Positions 43,348 through 52,933 of a DNA stretch of 64,000 bases are shown piece after piece (position 1 is the stretch's first letter; every line of letters starts with the position of its first letter). Origin of the DNA: an uncultured delta proteobacterium (GTDB lineage: Bacteria; Desulfobacterota; Binatia; Binatales; Binataceae); contig CAWDTQ010000002.1 of NCBI GenBank assembly GCA_963805315.1, forward strand, positions 137,694-201,693. Direction: 5' to 3'. The notes beneath the pieces were generated by a model, which saw nothing but the letters and a program-made list of their open reading frames with translations, was not told the origin of the DNA and did no database searches. The position numbers and the translations under genes were made by a program.

Positions 43348-43839
43348 CTATTGAGCGACCCGCATAATAGCTTTGCCGGGCACCGTCATCGCCGGCAGGA
43401 TTCCCATGAAATTGATCAGCGGCGAGTACGATGCGCTGGTGTTGACCTGCGTGTACACCAGCCGATGGCTGCCGACGCAGTCGGTCGCCAGGCAGGTCGA
43501 GGCGCTGCCGTCGGAGCACTGACAGAAGTGGGTCGCGACTGCGGTCATTCCGACGATGTTCGGCGCGTCGTTGTCCGCCGCCGCCTGCATCCCGGCGTTG
43601 TCGTTGGCGGTCGTCAGGCTCTGCGAGCCGTACTGAACGCCGGCGCGCGCCGCGTTGGCAACTGAGATCGCGATATAGAACGCGCGGCCGGTTTCCACCA
43701 CCACCAGGAACATCATCAGCAGCAACGGCAGACTGAGTGCGAGCTCCACCGACGCTTGCCCGCGCGCCGGCAGGCAACGTCGCGTCCAGCCTGTCGCGCG
43801 CATTGACTCATGCCCGGTGACTTTTCGCATCGTACTCAC
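43348..43839 (-). CDS. TadE-like pseudopilin
   Basis: 163 aa. RGQASVELALSLPLLLMMFLVVVETGRAFY. Confidence 0.75.
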   Translation of the reverse strand: MSTMRKVTGHESMRATGWTRRCLPARGQASVELALSLPLLLMMFLVVVETGRAFYIAISVANAARAGVQYGSQSLTTANDNAGMQAAADNDAPNIVGMTAVATHFCQCSDGSASTCLATDCVGSHRLVYTQVNTSASYSPLINFMGILPAMTVPGKAIMRVAQ

Positions 43840-45134
43840 TCGGCCAGGATTGTTGATTTTATCGGTGAGCCGCCCGTCAAGGAGGAATAGTTGGTGCCGA
43901 GCGACGCGTTGCCGCTGAGCGACAACTGATTCGCCACGACGATACTGTAGCCGCTGGCGCTGCTGTTGCCGTTGAAGCTGAGGGTAGTAGTCGCGAAGTA
44001 GAGCGCCCCGTCGAAGGTCGAACTCGAATTTCCGCTGATAGTGCTACCCGCCGCGGTGCCTGGAATCGAGCGATCCTGAAAGAACAGGATTCCCACCAGT
44101 GGACCTGAAGTCGGCGCACTTAAATTGGACTGCGAATTGCCGCTCAGCGAGATTGCCCCATAACCGCCTGTCCCCGTCGTGTTGTAAAAGGTTACCCCGG
44201 TGCCGGTCATCGTGGTGTTGGCGCTGTCGGACATTCCGCCGCCCGCGAGCACGTAAGTTCCCGCGTTGAAATGCAGCCACGCATTGCCATGGACCGTGAT
44301 CCCGCCGCAATAGGTGCCGGCATAGAGTTGGTAGGGACTGCCGCTGCTCCCGTTGTTCCCGTTCAGCGAAAAATTCGTATGCGCGCATGAGCCGACGGTC
44401 GGCGCCTGCACGTACGCCAGCGGATCGGAGGCTGCAATCACCCCGGTCTTCGGCGTCGGCGTAAGACTCGAGTTGCCACCGGCGCTGTATCCCCCCACGA
44501 CCCCGATGCTCGGTGCCGTGATCGTGACGTTGCCGACCAGAGACATACCGCTCGACGAGCTCGAGTCCACCAACAGGCCGCAGCCGCTCGATACGGTGAC
44601 ATTGCCGTTCGCAGACATCGCGCCCGAGGCCGAGGGATTCATCACGTAGATGCAGTTCGGGCCGTTTCCCTCGTATGCGACCGCGCGCGTTGACACGGTC
44701 ATCGTGCTGACCCCGAGCGCGCGCAGAAAATAAGTCGGCTCCGGCTTGCTGACGACCGCCTCAACGTAAGCCGCGTTGCCCACGTTTGGTCCCGAGCTCG
44801 GTGGATTGTTTATCGACACCGTGACGCTGCTTTGTCCGTTGGTAAACCCGTTGCTTGCCGCGTCCGCGTTGCCCGCCGCCACCGCGTCGCCGTAGCTGAG
44901 CTCCTCGGCGCCGGCCATCGCCGCGCTGTCCGCTGCCGTCTGCATCATGTTCCTTTGATGCTGCATGAAGCTGAAATCGGCGACGATTGCGATCATGCCG
45001 ACCAGTGCGATCAGCGAGACGCAGATCAACACCATGACCTGGCCGCCCGCGCCGGCCGTCGCACCCAGTCGGTTGCTTGTATATCGACGCTCTACCCTGA
45101 AACGCGCCGCTGGAATCGTGCTCCTCATTGTCAC
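43836..45134 (-). CDS. TadG-like pilus-assembly protein with Gly/Asn/Ser-rich repetitive C-terminal region
   Basis: 432 aa. TadG N-terminal block GQVMVLICVSLIALVGMIAIVADFSFMQHQRNMMQTAADSAAMAGAEEL. The C-terminus has recurring GNVTV/GNSS/GNAS units. It overlaps the next gene by 4 nt. Confidence 0.7.
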   Translation of the reverse strand: MTMRSTIPAARFRVERRYTSNRLGATAGAGGQVMVLICVSLIALVGMIAIVADFSFMQHQRNMMQTAADSAAMAGAEELSYGDAVAAGNADAASNGFTNGQSSVTVSINNPPSSGPNVGNAAYVEAVVSKPEPTYFLRALGVSTMTVSTRAVAYEGNGPNCIYVMNPSASGAMSANGNVTVSSGCGLLVDSSSSSGMSLVGNVTITAPSIGVVGGYSAGGNSSLTPTPKTGVIAASDPLAYVQAPTVGSCAHTNFSLNGNNGSSGSPYQLYAGTYCGGITVHGNAWLHFNAGTYVLAGGGMSDSANTTMTGTGVTFYNTTGTGGYGAISLSGNSQSNLSAPTSGPLVGILFFQDRSIPGTAAGSTISGNSSSTFDGALYFATTTLSFNGNSSASGYSIVVANQLSLSGNASLGTNYSSLTGGSPIKSTILAE

Positions 45135-45315
45135 TTCGCTCCACCGTAACAGAGCACCGCCCGTGCCATCGGATTAGCCCGCCGACCAGCGCGATGTCCG
45201 CGACAATCTGTCCTAAGCTGACTACAAGAACGTCCGGTTATGACGCGGTGTGAGACACTGACGGCGTGCGCGCCAAATTTCGCACAGATCGAGCGATCGC
45301 GCGCAGCTCTAATAG

Positions 45316-45390
45316 AGACGAAGTCCGGGATCTTTTCTTAACACTGGGTGCAGGGGTCACCCCTGCTGAAACCCAGCGCGGGTTTCACAT
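45316..45390 (-). repeat. double-hairpin intergenic repeat, copy a
   Basis: Read on the minus strand: gtgaaaccc-gcgct-gggtttca, then gcagggg-tga-cccctgc, then acccagtgttaagaaaagatcccggacttcgtc. Starts 32 nt after the jag stop. Confidence 0.65.
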
Positions 45391-45422
45391 TAGATGAAGT
45401 AGTGTATTGGCCCGCGACCGGG

Positions 45423-46391
45423 CTAGACGATCCGCTTTTGCCCGTGCTTGAAGCCGCCCTGCTCGCCGATCGCTTCGTTGCCGCGCTCCGGCTCTATGCG
45501 CTGCGTCTCGCGCTCCTGCTGACGCTCGCGATCGCCCTCGCGCCGGCGGCCGCGTCCACCCGGTCCGTCGCTGCGCGGTTGCGGACGTCCGCTCTCCGTC
45601 GGGACTATCTCGATCGATCGCATTACGCCTTCACCCGCCGAGCGCGTCGTGATCATCGGATCGCCCTTGAGCGCCAGATGCACCACGCGGCGGTCGCGCG
45701 GCGCCATCGGCTCGAGTCGCACCGGCTTGTGCTCGCGCTTGGCCTTCTCGCCCATCGACAGCGCCATCCGATGCAATTGCTGGCGGCGGCGCGCGCGATA
45801 GGATTCGGTCTCGAGTGAAATCGGCGCCGCGTCCTTGATTCGCCGCGCCAGGATACGATTCACGATGTACTCGAGCGCGTCCAGCGTCTGGCCATGCCGC
45901 CCAATCAGGATTCCCGAACCGTCGCCCTTGATTTCGAGCTCGACTGTCTCCGCATCGACTTCTATCTGGCGCACGTCGGTCTGCTCGCCCATTTGCTCGA
46001 GGATCTGCTTCAAGATAACGGTCGCCTCGCGCCGCTGCTCCTCGACGTTCGCGCTTTTGCGCCCGGCCGCGCCGCCGTCGTCGTCCGACGCGGCCGCATT
46101 CTGCCGCTGTCGATTCTCGCGCCCGCGACCCCGTCCGCCGGGCCCGCTATCGCGCGTGTTCGACGCTTCCGCCGCAGCTTGCGGACTCGCGACGTTGCCC
46201 GCGGCGTCCGCGCGCTTGCGCGTCACCCGCACCCGCGCCTGACGCGCGCCGAGACCGAGCACGCCCGCGCGCGGAGTCGCGAGCACTTCGATCGACACCT
46301 CGTCCTCGCGCGCGCCGAGCTGTTCCAGTGCTTGCCTGGTCGCCTCTTCTACCGAAGCGGCCTCTGCTTCTATCGAATCGTTATTGCTCAT
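45423..46391 (-). CDS. jag: Jag/KhpB (SpoIIIJ-associated) RNA-binding protein with KH and R3H domains
   Basis: Start ATG 46391 overlaps the yidC stop (ATGA). MSNNDSIEAEAASVEEATRQALEQLG (Jag_N) and the R3H region LEPMAPRDRRVVHLAL. The track ORF 45423..46634 extends upstream into yidC. Confidence 0.85.
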   Translation of the reverse strand: MSNNDSIEAEAASVEEATRQALEQLGAREDEVSIEVLATPRAGVLGLGARQARVRVTRKRADAAGNVASPQAAAEASNTRDSGPGGRGRGRENRQRQNAAASDDDGGAAGRKSANVEEQRREATVILKQILEQMGEQTDVRQIEVDAETVELEIKGDGSGILIGRHGQTLDALEYIVNRILARRIKDAAPISLETESYRARRRQQLHRMALSMGEKAKREHKPVRLEPMAPRDRRVVHLALKGDPMITTRSAGEGVMRSIEIVPTESGRPQPRSDGPGGRGRRREGDRERQQERETQRIEPERGNEAIGEQGGFKHGQKRIV

Positions 46392-48145
46392 GTAGCCGGT
46401 GTGTATTGCTGGAATTCGCGGTTGAGAAAGTATTGCTGGACAACGCCCAGCAGGTTCGACGAAAAATAGTACAAAGCCAGGCCCGCCGGAAAGTTTATAA
46501 ACATGACTGTGAAGATCAGCGGCGTCAGCATCATCATTCGCTGCTGGTTCGGATCCGGCGTGGTCGGCGTCATGTATTGCTGGACGAAACTGGTCACGCC
46601 CATCAGCAGCACCAGCACCGGCAGGCCGTGGCAATGCATCAGCGGAAGTTGCGGCAGGCCAGGCACGTGCAAACAGTCGGGCGTCGACAGGTCGTTAATC
46701 CAGCCGACAAACGGCGCATGACGCAGCTCGATCGAATTCAGCAGCGCCTCGTACAGCCCGATAAAAATCGGCAATTGCAGCGCCATCGGCGCGCATCCGC
46801 CCAACGGGTTGACGTGATTGCGCTTGTAGAGATCCACCATCTCCTTCTGCAACTGCTCGTTGTTGTCCTTGTGTTTGTCGCGCAGCCGCTGGATCTGCGG
46901 CTGCAGGCGCTGCATCTTCATCATCGAGCGCTGGCTTCTGATCGATATCGGCAGGAACGCGATCCGGATCGATACCGTCAGCAAAATGATATCGACCCCG
47001 TAGTTGGGCGCGAGGTAGTGAAACAGTTTGAGCGTGCGCAAAAAGACGATCGCCAGGATTCCGAAAAATCCGAAATCGATCGCCTTGTGCAGCGCCGGAT
47101 TCACCCCTTCCAGCGCTTCGAGCAGCTTCGGGCCCATGTAGATTTCACTGTGGACTCGAGCCGCGCCGTCGAACAGCAGCCGCGCGATCGCCTCGTCGCC
47201 GTTATAAGCCATCGCAAGCTCGCCGGTCGTCGGCGCCGAGGGTAAAAATACCGCGAGGAAATACCGATCGCCGAAGCCCGCGTAAGTGATCGGCCCCGCG
47301 ACCGTCGCGTCTTCCTTCTTTATGGTCTTCAGCGCCTTCTCGTTCTTGGTGATCACCTTGTCGGCCACGTCGGCCTGCAGCTCGGGGATATCGTAGTACC
47401 CCTGATGCGCCGTCAGCGGCTGGCTCATCGACACCCCAAGTTGATTCAGCGCCGGACCGCCGGTCGTCGCCACGTCCATCGAAAACACGTAGCTCGACGG
47501 CTTGAACGTGAAGGTCTTGGTGATCGTGGTGCCGTCCGCCGTGTGGGCGACAAAACTCGCCGTCGCATCCGATCCCGTGGTCGCCTTGATTTGCGCGGGC
47601 GCGGTCGTCTCGTAGCTGAGATCGCTGTCGTCGAAGACCTGCCCGCCGCGCGTCATCACGGCGCCGAGCGGCAGATGTCCTCCCGGCTGCACCTCCACCA
47701 TCTCGTAGCGCGGACTGTCCTTCGCCGCCGCCTGCCGGTAACGAGTCAGAACAAAACTCTTGAGGCGCGCGCCATGAGTCGTGAACACGGCGACGTAAAA
47801 GTCGGAATCCACTTCGACGGTTTTTTCAGGCGCGCCCGCCGCCGCCGGCGTGATGGGCGTCGATTGCTGTCCCGTGGCGGATGCGCTCGCGGCTGCTCCT
47901 GGAGCGGCCGTGCTCGCGCCGGCGACTACTGTCGCTGCCGCGCCCGGGCTGGCAGGCAAGGCAGTCGCCTGCCCATTGCCGAGCGCCTGGGCCTGCGCAG
48001 CCTTGGCCGCCTTCTCCTGCTCGGCAGCCTGCTGTTGCTGCTGCTCGGTAGGCGGTGGAAAAAATCGCTTCAGCACCAACTCCTGGTAGGCAACCACCAG
48101 GACGATGGACAAAATGACCGCGATTAGTACTCGACTAGAATCCAA
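46388..48145 (-). CDS. yidC: membrane protein insertase YidC
   Basis: 585 aa. N-terminal TM, large periplasmic domain, and the conserved C-terminal core (GWAIIFLTVLVR-type block FGILAIVFLRTLKL, MMKMQRLQPQIQRLRDK, NPLGGCAPMALQLPIF). Confidence 0.92.
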   Translation of the reverse strand: MDSSRVLIAVILSIVLVVAYQELVLKRFFPPPTEQQQQQAAEQEKAAKAAQAQALGNGQATALPASPGAAATVVAGASTAAPGAAASASATGQQSTPITPAAAGAPEKTVEVDSDFYVAVFTTHGARLKSFVLTRYRQAAAKDSPRYEMVEVQPGGHLPLGAVMTRGGQVFDDSDLSYETTAPAQIKATTGSDATASFVAHTADGTTITKTFTFKPSSYVFSMDVATTGGPALNQLGVSMSQPLTAHQGYYDIPELQADVADKVITKNEKALKTIKKEDATVAGPITYAGFGDRYFLAVFLPSAPTTGELAMAYNGDEAIARLLFDGAARVHSEIYMGPKLLEALEGVNPALHKAIDFGFFGILAIVFLRTLKLFHYLAPNYGVDIILLTVSIRIAFLPISIRSQRSMMKMQRLQPQIQRLRDKHKDNNEQLQKEMVDLYKRNHVNPLGGCAPMALQLPIFIGLYEALLNSIELRHAPFVGWINDLSTPDCLHVPGLPQLPLMHCHGLPVLVLLMGVTSFVQQYMTPTTPDPNQQRMMMLTPLIFTVMFINFPAGLALYYFSSNLLGVVQQYFLNREFQQYTPAT

Positions 48146-48171
48146 AATTCAGTCCCCAGATAGTTCTAACA

Positions 48172-48259
48172 GGGACGAAGTCCCGCATCTTTCTTAATTC
48201 TAAGGTGCAGGGTTTAACCCTGCCCAGGGAAGTGTGAAACCCACGGAGGGGTTTCACAT
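48172..48259 (-). repeat. double-hairpin intergenic repeat, copy b
   Basis: Minus strand: gtgaaaccc-ctccgt-gggtttcac, a 12-nt spacer, gcagggt-taa-accctgc, then accttagaattaagaaagatgcgggacttcgtccc. Lies between the yidD stop and the yidC start. Confidence 0.65.
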
Positions 48260-48274
48260 ACAATTCGTATCTCC

Positions 48275-48559
48275 TCATCCCTCCCCCTCCGCTCCGCGCG
48301 CCCGGACCGGGTCGTACCCATGACCGCCCAGCGGGTTGCATCGCGCGATTCGCCAAATCGCCATGACGCCGCCGCGAACAATCCCGTGCGCCGCAATCGC
48401 GTCGCGCGCGTACGCCGAGCAACTCGGCTCGAAGCGACACGCCGGCCCGTTGATCGCGTGGATCACCGGCGAGATAGCCGCGCGATAAATCGCAACCGCA
48501 CCGACGCCGACAAATCTCGGCGCACGTCTTAACCGATCTGCTGTATTGGCAAGCGCCAT
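48275..48559 (-). CDS. yidD: membrane protein insertion efficiency factor YidD
   Basis: 94 aa. YRAAISP...CRFEPSCSAYARDAI...RCNPLGGHGYDPV. Its ATG overlaps the rnpA stop (TGATG). Confidence 0.9.
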   Translation of the reverse strand: MALANTADRLRRAPRFVGVGAVAIYRAAISPVIHAINGPACRFEPSCSAYARDAIAAHGIVRGGVMAIWRIARCNPLGGHGYDPVRARGAEGEG

Positions 48560-48957
48560 CAGTTGCGCCTAGCGAGAGCGGAAGCGATTCGTCCGCGCAA
48601 ATTGCGCGCCGCCATGATTAGTTCGTCGTTGATTGCCGGCGACTTGAGCGATGCGGCCCCGGCGCGCGCGATCACCACTATCGACGTCAGCGGCGGCAAT
48701 TCCGCACGGATCGCTTTCCTGAAACACTCGCGCACCCGGCGCTTCACCCGGTTGCGGGCGACGGCGTTGCCGATTCTGCGCGACACCGTCACGCCCAGCC
48801 GCGAGCGCGCGGGCTCGATGTCTGAATCACGCGCCAGATTTCCCGCATAGACCACGAAATGGGGCCCCTGGAATCGTACGCCATTTCGCTGGAGGCGCAA
48901 AAATTCGGCGCTTCGATGCAGCCGGTCGGCTGCGGCGAAGCTCAATTGCGCGCGCAC
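48559..48957 (-). CDS. rnpA: ribonuclease P protein component
   Basis: LHRSAEFLRLQRNGVRFQGPHFVVY...RIGNAVARNRVKRRVRE. I place the start at GTG 48957, just after the rpmH stop. The track ORF extends to 49140 across rpmH. Confidence 0.8.
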   Translation of the reverse strand: MRAQLSFAAADRLHRSAEFLRLQRNGVRFQGPHFVVYAGNLARDSDIEPARSRLGVTVSRRIGNAVARNRVKRRVRECFRKAIRAELPPLTSIVVIARAGAASLKSPAINDELIMAARNLRGRIASALARRN

Positions 48958-48962
48958 GGAGG

Positions 48963-49121
48963 TTAGCCCGGCTGCTTGGGCGGGATCGAGATTGCCAGGC
49001 GCGTGCGGCCCTTCGCGCGGCGGCGCTTGAGTATCTTGCGACCGCCCGGCGTGGCCATCCGTGCCAGGAATCCATGGGTTCGTTTGCGACGGCGGTTGTG
49101 AGGTTGATAAGTCCTTTTCAT
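48963..49121 (-). CDS. rpmH: 50S ribosomal protein L34
   Basis: My translation gives [52 protein letters not shown] (52 aa, about 6 residues longer than E. coli L34). It is too short for the ORF track. Confidence 0.9.
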   Translation of the reverse strand: MKRTYQPHNRRRKRTHGFLARMATPGGRKILKRRRAKGRTRLAISIPPKQPG

Positions 49122-49378
49122 TGCTCGGGGCCAGCTTCACTCAAGTTTGTATTCAGACCGGCGAGGTCTGTGTTGTGGGTCGAATCTTTCGTTCCGGCGT
49201 GATCTCTTTTCAGGGTTTCAGGTGGATAATTTGTTTCGAACGACCCGAACACGCAATCGAACCATACCGCGCGCCATTGAGCAAGCGGCCCCCAGGCAGC
49301 GGTACTGGCTGAATTAAGACACTGAGCACGGGAGGCGGGACGCTGTTCCGGCCTTTTGCTTTCTGGTAAACCGCGTCC

Positions 49379-49683
49379 ATGAATCTCCGCCACGCAGCCG
49401 CGCTCGCGCTTGTGGTCTGGTAATGATGGTGCCGCCAGTGCGGGGCGCTCCCGGAAAAATTCTCGAACACGCGCCGCTCTCAGAGTGGGACGTCGATAAT
49501 CAGTATGACAGCAACGCTGAATGTGAGAAGTCCATACCGTCGGACAGAGACATTCAGGAGAATATGAAGCAGTGTTCGAACGGTGATTGTGCTATCAACG
49601 TCGCGCTTCCCGGATATGGTCGTTGCATCGCCGCAAACGATCCGAGGCTGAAAAACGATGCATCGATCAAGTCCTCAAAATAG
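49379..49683 (+). CDS. small hypothetical secreted/anchored protein; possible -1 frame break at 49418-49421
   Basis: ATG 49379 encodes MNLRHAAALALVVW and then hits TAA. ORF 49423..49683 (MMVPPVRGAPGKILEHAPLSEWDVDNQYDSNAECEKS...) follows in the adjacent frame. One extra G after TGG would fuse them into a signal-anchored protein. Confidence 0.4.
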
Positions 49684-49814
49684 GACACTCGCGATCTCGA
49701 AATTCGACCGACTAGCAGCCGCCCTCAGCGGCGTCGCGGCGCCGAAGTCTGCGGCGCGCGCGCAATTACGGCGCATTCTGCGAAAGTGGGGTTATTTCCT
49801 AAGATCCAGACACG

Positions 49815-49837
49815 AATGTTTCACGTGAAACATTTTT
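49815..49837 (+). terminator. AT-rich perfect 20-bp palindrome followed by a T run, between convergent genes (putative intrinsic terminator)
   Basis: aatgtttcac|gtgaaacatt at 49815-49834, running into ttttt (49833-49837). Lies 31 nt from the selB stop and 132 nt after the 49683 stop. Confidence 0.4.
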
Positions 49838-49867
49838 AGTTCAGGAGAAAGGAATACGAATCAAGAC

Positions 49868-51800
49868 TCAGCGGTCGATGCTCCGGAGGCGGCGGGTGTC
49901 GCCGACGCGGGTGGTTACGCCGATGTGGTCGAAGTGATCGAGCAGCGCGATCGCGAACTTGCGCGATGCGCCCAGCAGGTCGCGGAAGACTGCGGCGGTT
50001 ATGTCGTCGTGGGCTTTCAGATACTCGACCAGGCGGGCGCGGGCGGCTTCGGCGGCGTCGCGGCTGAAATACAGGTCGGTGGCGATTTTGACGATGCGGC
50101 CCTGGCGTTCCATCGCGAGCAGCACCGTTCTCAGATGCGGAAGCTGACTGGCGGGAATTTTCAACGCGTCGGCCAGTTGCTTGAGATCCGGCGGCTGGAA
50201 CCGGGCGCTGGTGAGTGCGGCTTCGATGCGGGCGCCGAGCGTTTCGGCGTCGCCGCCGAGTTGCACGCGATGGCTCTTCAGCCGGAGCACGCTTTCCTCG
50301 CGCACGATTTCGGATTCATGACTCAGGCGATCGACGAGCGGCCGAAACGCGCGCGCGCCGATTTCGTAGGGCAGCCGCGTGCGCATCGCTTCCATCTCGA
50401 GGCCGGGCGACAGCGGCTCGGTCTTGTGATGCGTCGCGAGCGCGTCGAGCGCGAAACGTTTCAGCGCGTCCCACCTGGTCCGCGTCGTGAAAGCTTCTTC
50501 GTCGCCTGCTGACAGCTTGATAAAGCGCGCGTCGCGGAGCGCGGCGTCGGCCTCGGCAACCGGAATATTCATCAGGGTGGCGATCCGGGTCGTGCCGAGC
50601 GCGAAACTTTCCTGCAGATTGATCAGCGCTTCGAGCGCGTCAGCGCCGGACGAATCCTTGAGCGTGCGGAGATTGGCGCGATAGGCCTCGAGCGGTTTGC
50701 GGACGCGGCGGCCGAGCGGGTTCAACACGATGCCGCCGCCGAGAGTGCGCGAATTGGTTTCGTCGCGGATGACGAAGCGGTCGCCCGAGAGCGCGACGAC
50801 GGGATCTTCGGTCACGAGCTGCGCAAGGCCGGCGGCTTTGGGCGCGATCGCGCCGGCGTCGTCGAGCACGATCGCGCGCGCGATGGTCTCCGCCGTGCCG
50901 ATGAACAGGCGCACGCGGGTGTTGCTCTTGAGCGCGCGCTTTGGCGGCGGGACGAACCTCGAGCCACGCGTCGAAACGCGCGGTTGGGAAGTCCAGAATC
51001 TCGTCGGCGAGCACGTCGCCGCGCGCGAGGTCGAGCTTCTCGGCGCCGGTGAGGTTCAGCGCGACGCGCTGGCATAGCCCGGCGCTCTCGACGGAATCCG
51101 AATGCACCTGGATCGAACGCACGCGGACCTCGTTGCCCGACGGCAGCACGCGGAGCTTCTGTCCGACGCGGACCTCGGCGCCCATCGCGGTGCCGGTGAC
51201 GACGATGCCGTGTCCCTTGATGACGAACGCGCGATCGAGAGGCAGGCGGAAGACGCCGGTGGCGCGGCGCGCCTGGAAGCCGTCGAGCTGGCGAACGATC
51301 TCGGCGCGCAACTGGTCGAGGCCGGCGCCGGTCGTCGACGAGACCTCGATGACCGGCGCGCCGGCGAGCGTGGTGCCTTCCGCCAGCAGCTCGATCTCGT
51401 CGCGCACGTCGCGGATGCGCGCGGCGTCGGCGAGGTCGGCCTTGGTGACGACGAAGATGCCGCGGCGGGCGCCGAGCAGGTGGAGGATGTCGAGATGCTC
51501 CTCGGTCTGCGGCATCACGCCGTCGTCGGCCGCCACGGCGAACAGCACGAGATCGATGCCGTGGGCGCCGGCGAGCATGTTGCGGATGAAGCGCTCGTGG
51601 CCGGGGACGTCGACGATGCCGGCGCGGGTGTCGTCGGGCAGGGTGAAGTAGGCGAAGCCGAGATCGATCGAGATGCCGCGCTCTTTTTCTTCCTTGAGGC
51701 GGTCGGTGTCCTGGCCGGTGAGCGCCTTGATGAGCGCGGTCTTGCCGTGATCGATGTGGCCGGCGGTGCCGATGATGGCGTGGGTGACAGTCGAGCCCAT
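49868..51800 (-). CDS. selB: selenocysteine-specific translation elongation factor SelB; apparent +1 frame break near 50927-50943
   Basis: G domain [20 protein letters not shown] in ORF 50640..51800, which turns to junk after ...[12 protein letters not shown] 49868..50914 continues ([26 protein letters not shown]...) through the winged-helix C-terminal domains. Confidence 0.88.
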
Positions 51801-52115
51801 CCGCAGATGTTATACCGGCATGAAATGGTGCGGGAACGGCATCGACCGCCGCCGCTTGGTCAGGGTGCAGCGTCGGCGTGAAACACTCGCCGCCGAAATC
51901 GCGCCGATCTGCTCGACGCCGGCCCGCGAACTATCGCACCGCCTCGGCTAGAAGGAATAGCTGGCCTTTGCGCGGCGACCCTCCATTAGTATGGTTTGAC
52001 TGATTGGTGGGGCGCTGTTAGAAAATTTGCGTTTGTCGGCTCTATTCCCTGGGCAAGCTTCATCTGTTCCAGACTCTTAATCGATGCATGAACCGATGCG
52101 TGGAGTGTTAAGACT

Positions 52116-52864
52116 TTGAAAATCCTGGTTCCAATCAAGCGCGTTCCCGATCCCGCGACCACTATCCGCGTGCTGCCCGACGGCACCGGTATCGCCACCG
52201 ACAACGTCAAATGGGTCATCAACCCGTTTTGACGAAATCGCGATCGAAGAGGCGCTCCGCATCAAGGAGAAGCAGACCGGCGAGGTGGTGCTCGTCACGA
52301 TCGGGCAGTCCGACATCGCAGGAGCAATTGCGCACGGGGCTCGCGATGGGCGCCGACCGCGCGATCCTGGTCAAGACCGACACCGCGCTCGACTCGCTCG
52401 CGATAGCGCGAATCCTCGCGAAGATCGCCGGCGACGAAAAGCCCGACCTGATCATCCTGGGCAAGCAGGCGATCGACGACGACGCGAACCAGGTCGGACA
52501 GATGCTCGCCGAGATGCTCGGATGGCCGCAGGCAACGTTCGCCTCGAAGGTCGAGATAACGCCCGAAAAAACCTCGGTCGTGCGCGAAGTTGACGGCGGC
52601 CTCGAGACGATCGCGTTCAAACTGCCCGCCGTCATCACCACCGACCTTCGCCTCAACGAGCCGCGCTACGCGTCTCTGCCCGGAATCATGAAGGCGCGCA
52701 AGAAAGAGCTGAAAGAGGTTGCGGCCGACAGCCTCGGCGTCGATCTCGCTCCCAAGCTCAAGATTAAGACGCTCGCCGCGCCGCCCAAGCGCCAGGCCGG
52801 GCGCAAAGTCGCGTCGGTGCAGGAGCTGGTGTCGGTCCTTCACACCGAAGCCAAAGTTATTTGA
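52116..52864 (+). CDS. etfB: electron transfer flavoprotein beta subunit; two apparent +1 frame breaks (52227-52230 and ~52316-52322)
   Basis: TTG 52116 (GGAG RBS 10 nt upstream) encodes [37 protein letters not shown], then TGA. The next frame reads [29 protein letters not shown]. The third frame (ORF 52211..52864) reads [18 protein letters not shown]...[25 protein letters not shown]. Confidence 0.88.
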
Positions 52865-52933
52865 GCAAAAATTATTTGATTTCGACTACTACGATTCCGA
52901 ACGCGGAGTGAAATGGTATTGGAGTGAACTGAC

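Noticed and set aside
49221-49229. A DnaA-box-like 9-mer (ggtggataa, reverse complement ttatccacc, 8 of 9 to TTATCCACA) upstream of rpmH, which raised the idea of oriC.
   Set aside because: A single one-mismatch box is expected by chance more than ten times in 64 kb on both strands. There is no cluster of boxes, no AT-rich unwinding element, and no dnaA or dnaN gene adjacent.
52230-52232. In-frame TGA codons at the ends of truncated ORFs (etfB 52230-52232, rhaD 24000-24002), considered as selenocysteine or programmed recoding sites given the nearby selB.
   Set aside because: In each case the conserved protein continues in the +1 frame, not in-frame after the TGA. The in-frame continuation is Arg-rich junk. 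No slippery heptamer or SECIS-like hairpin is evident. Indel error is the simpler explanation.
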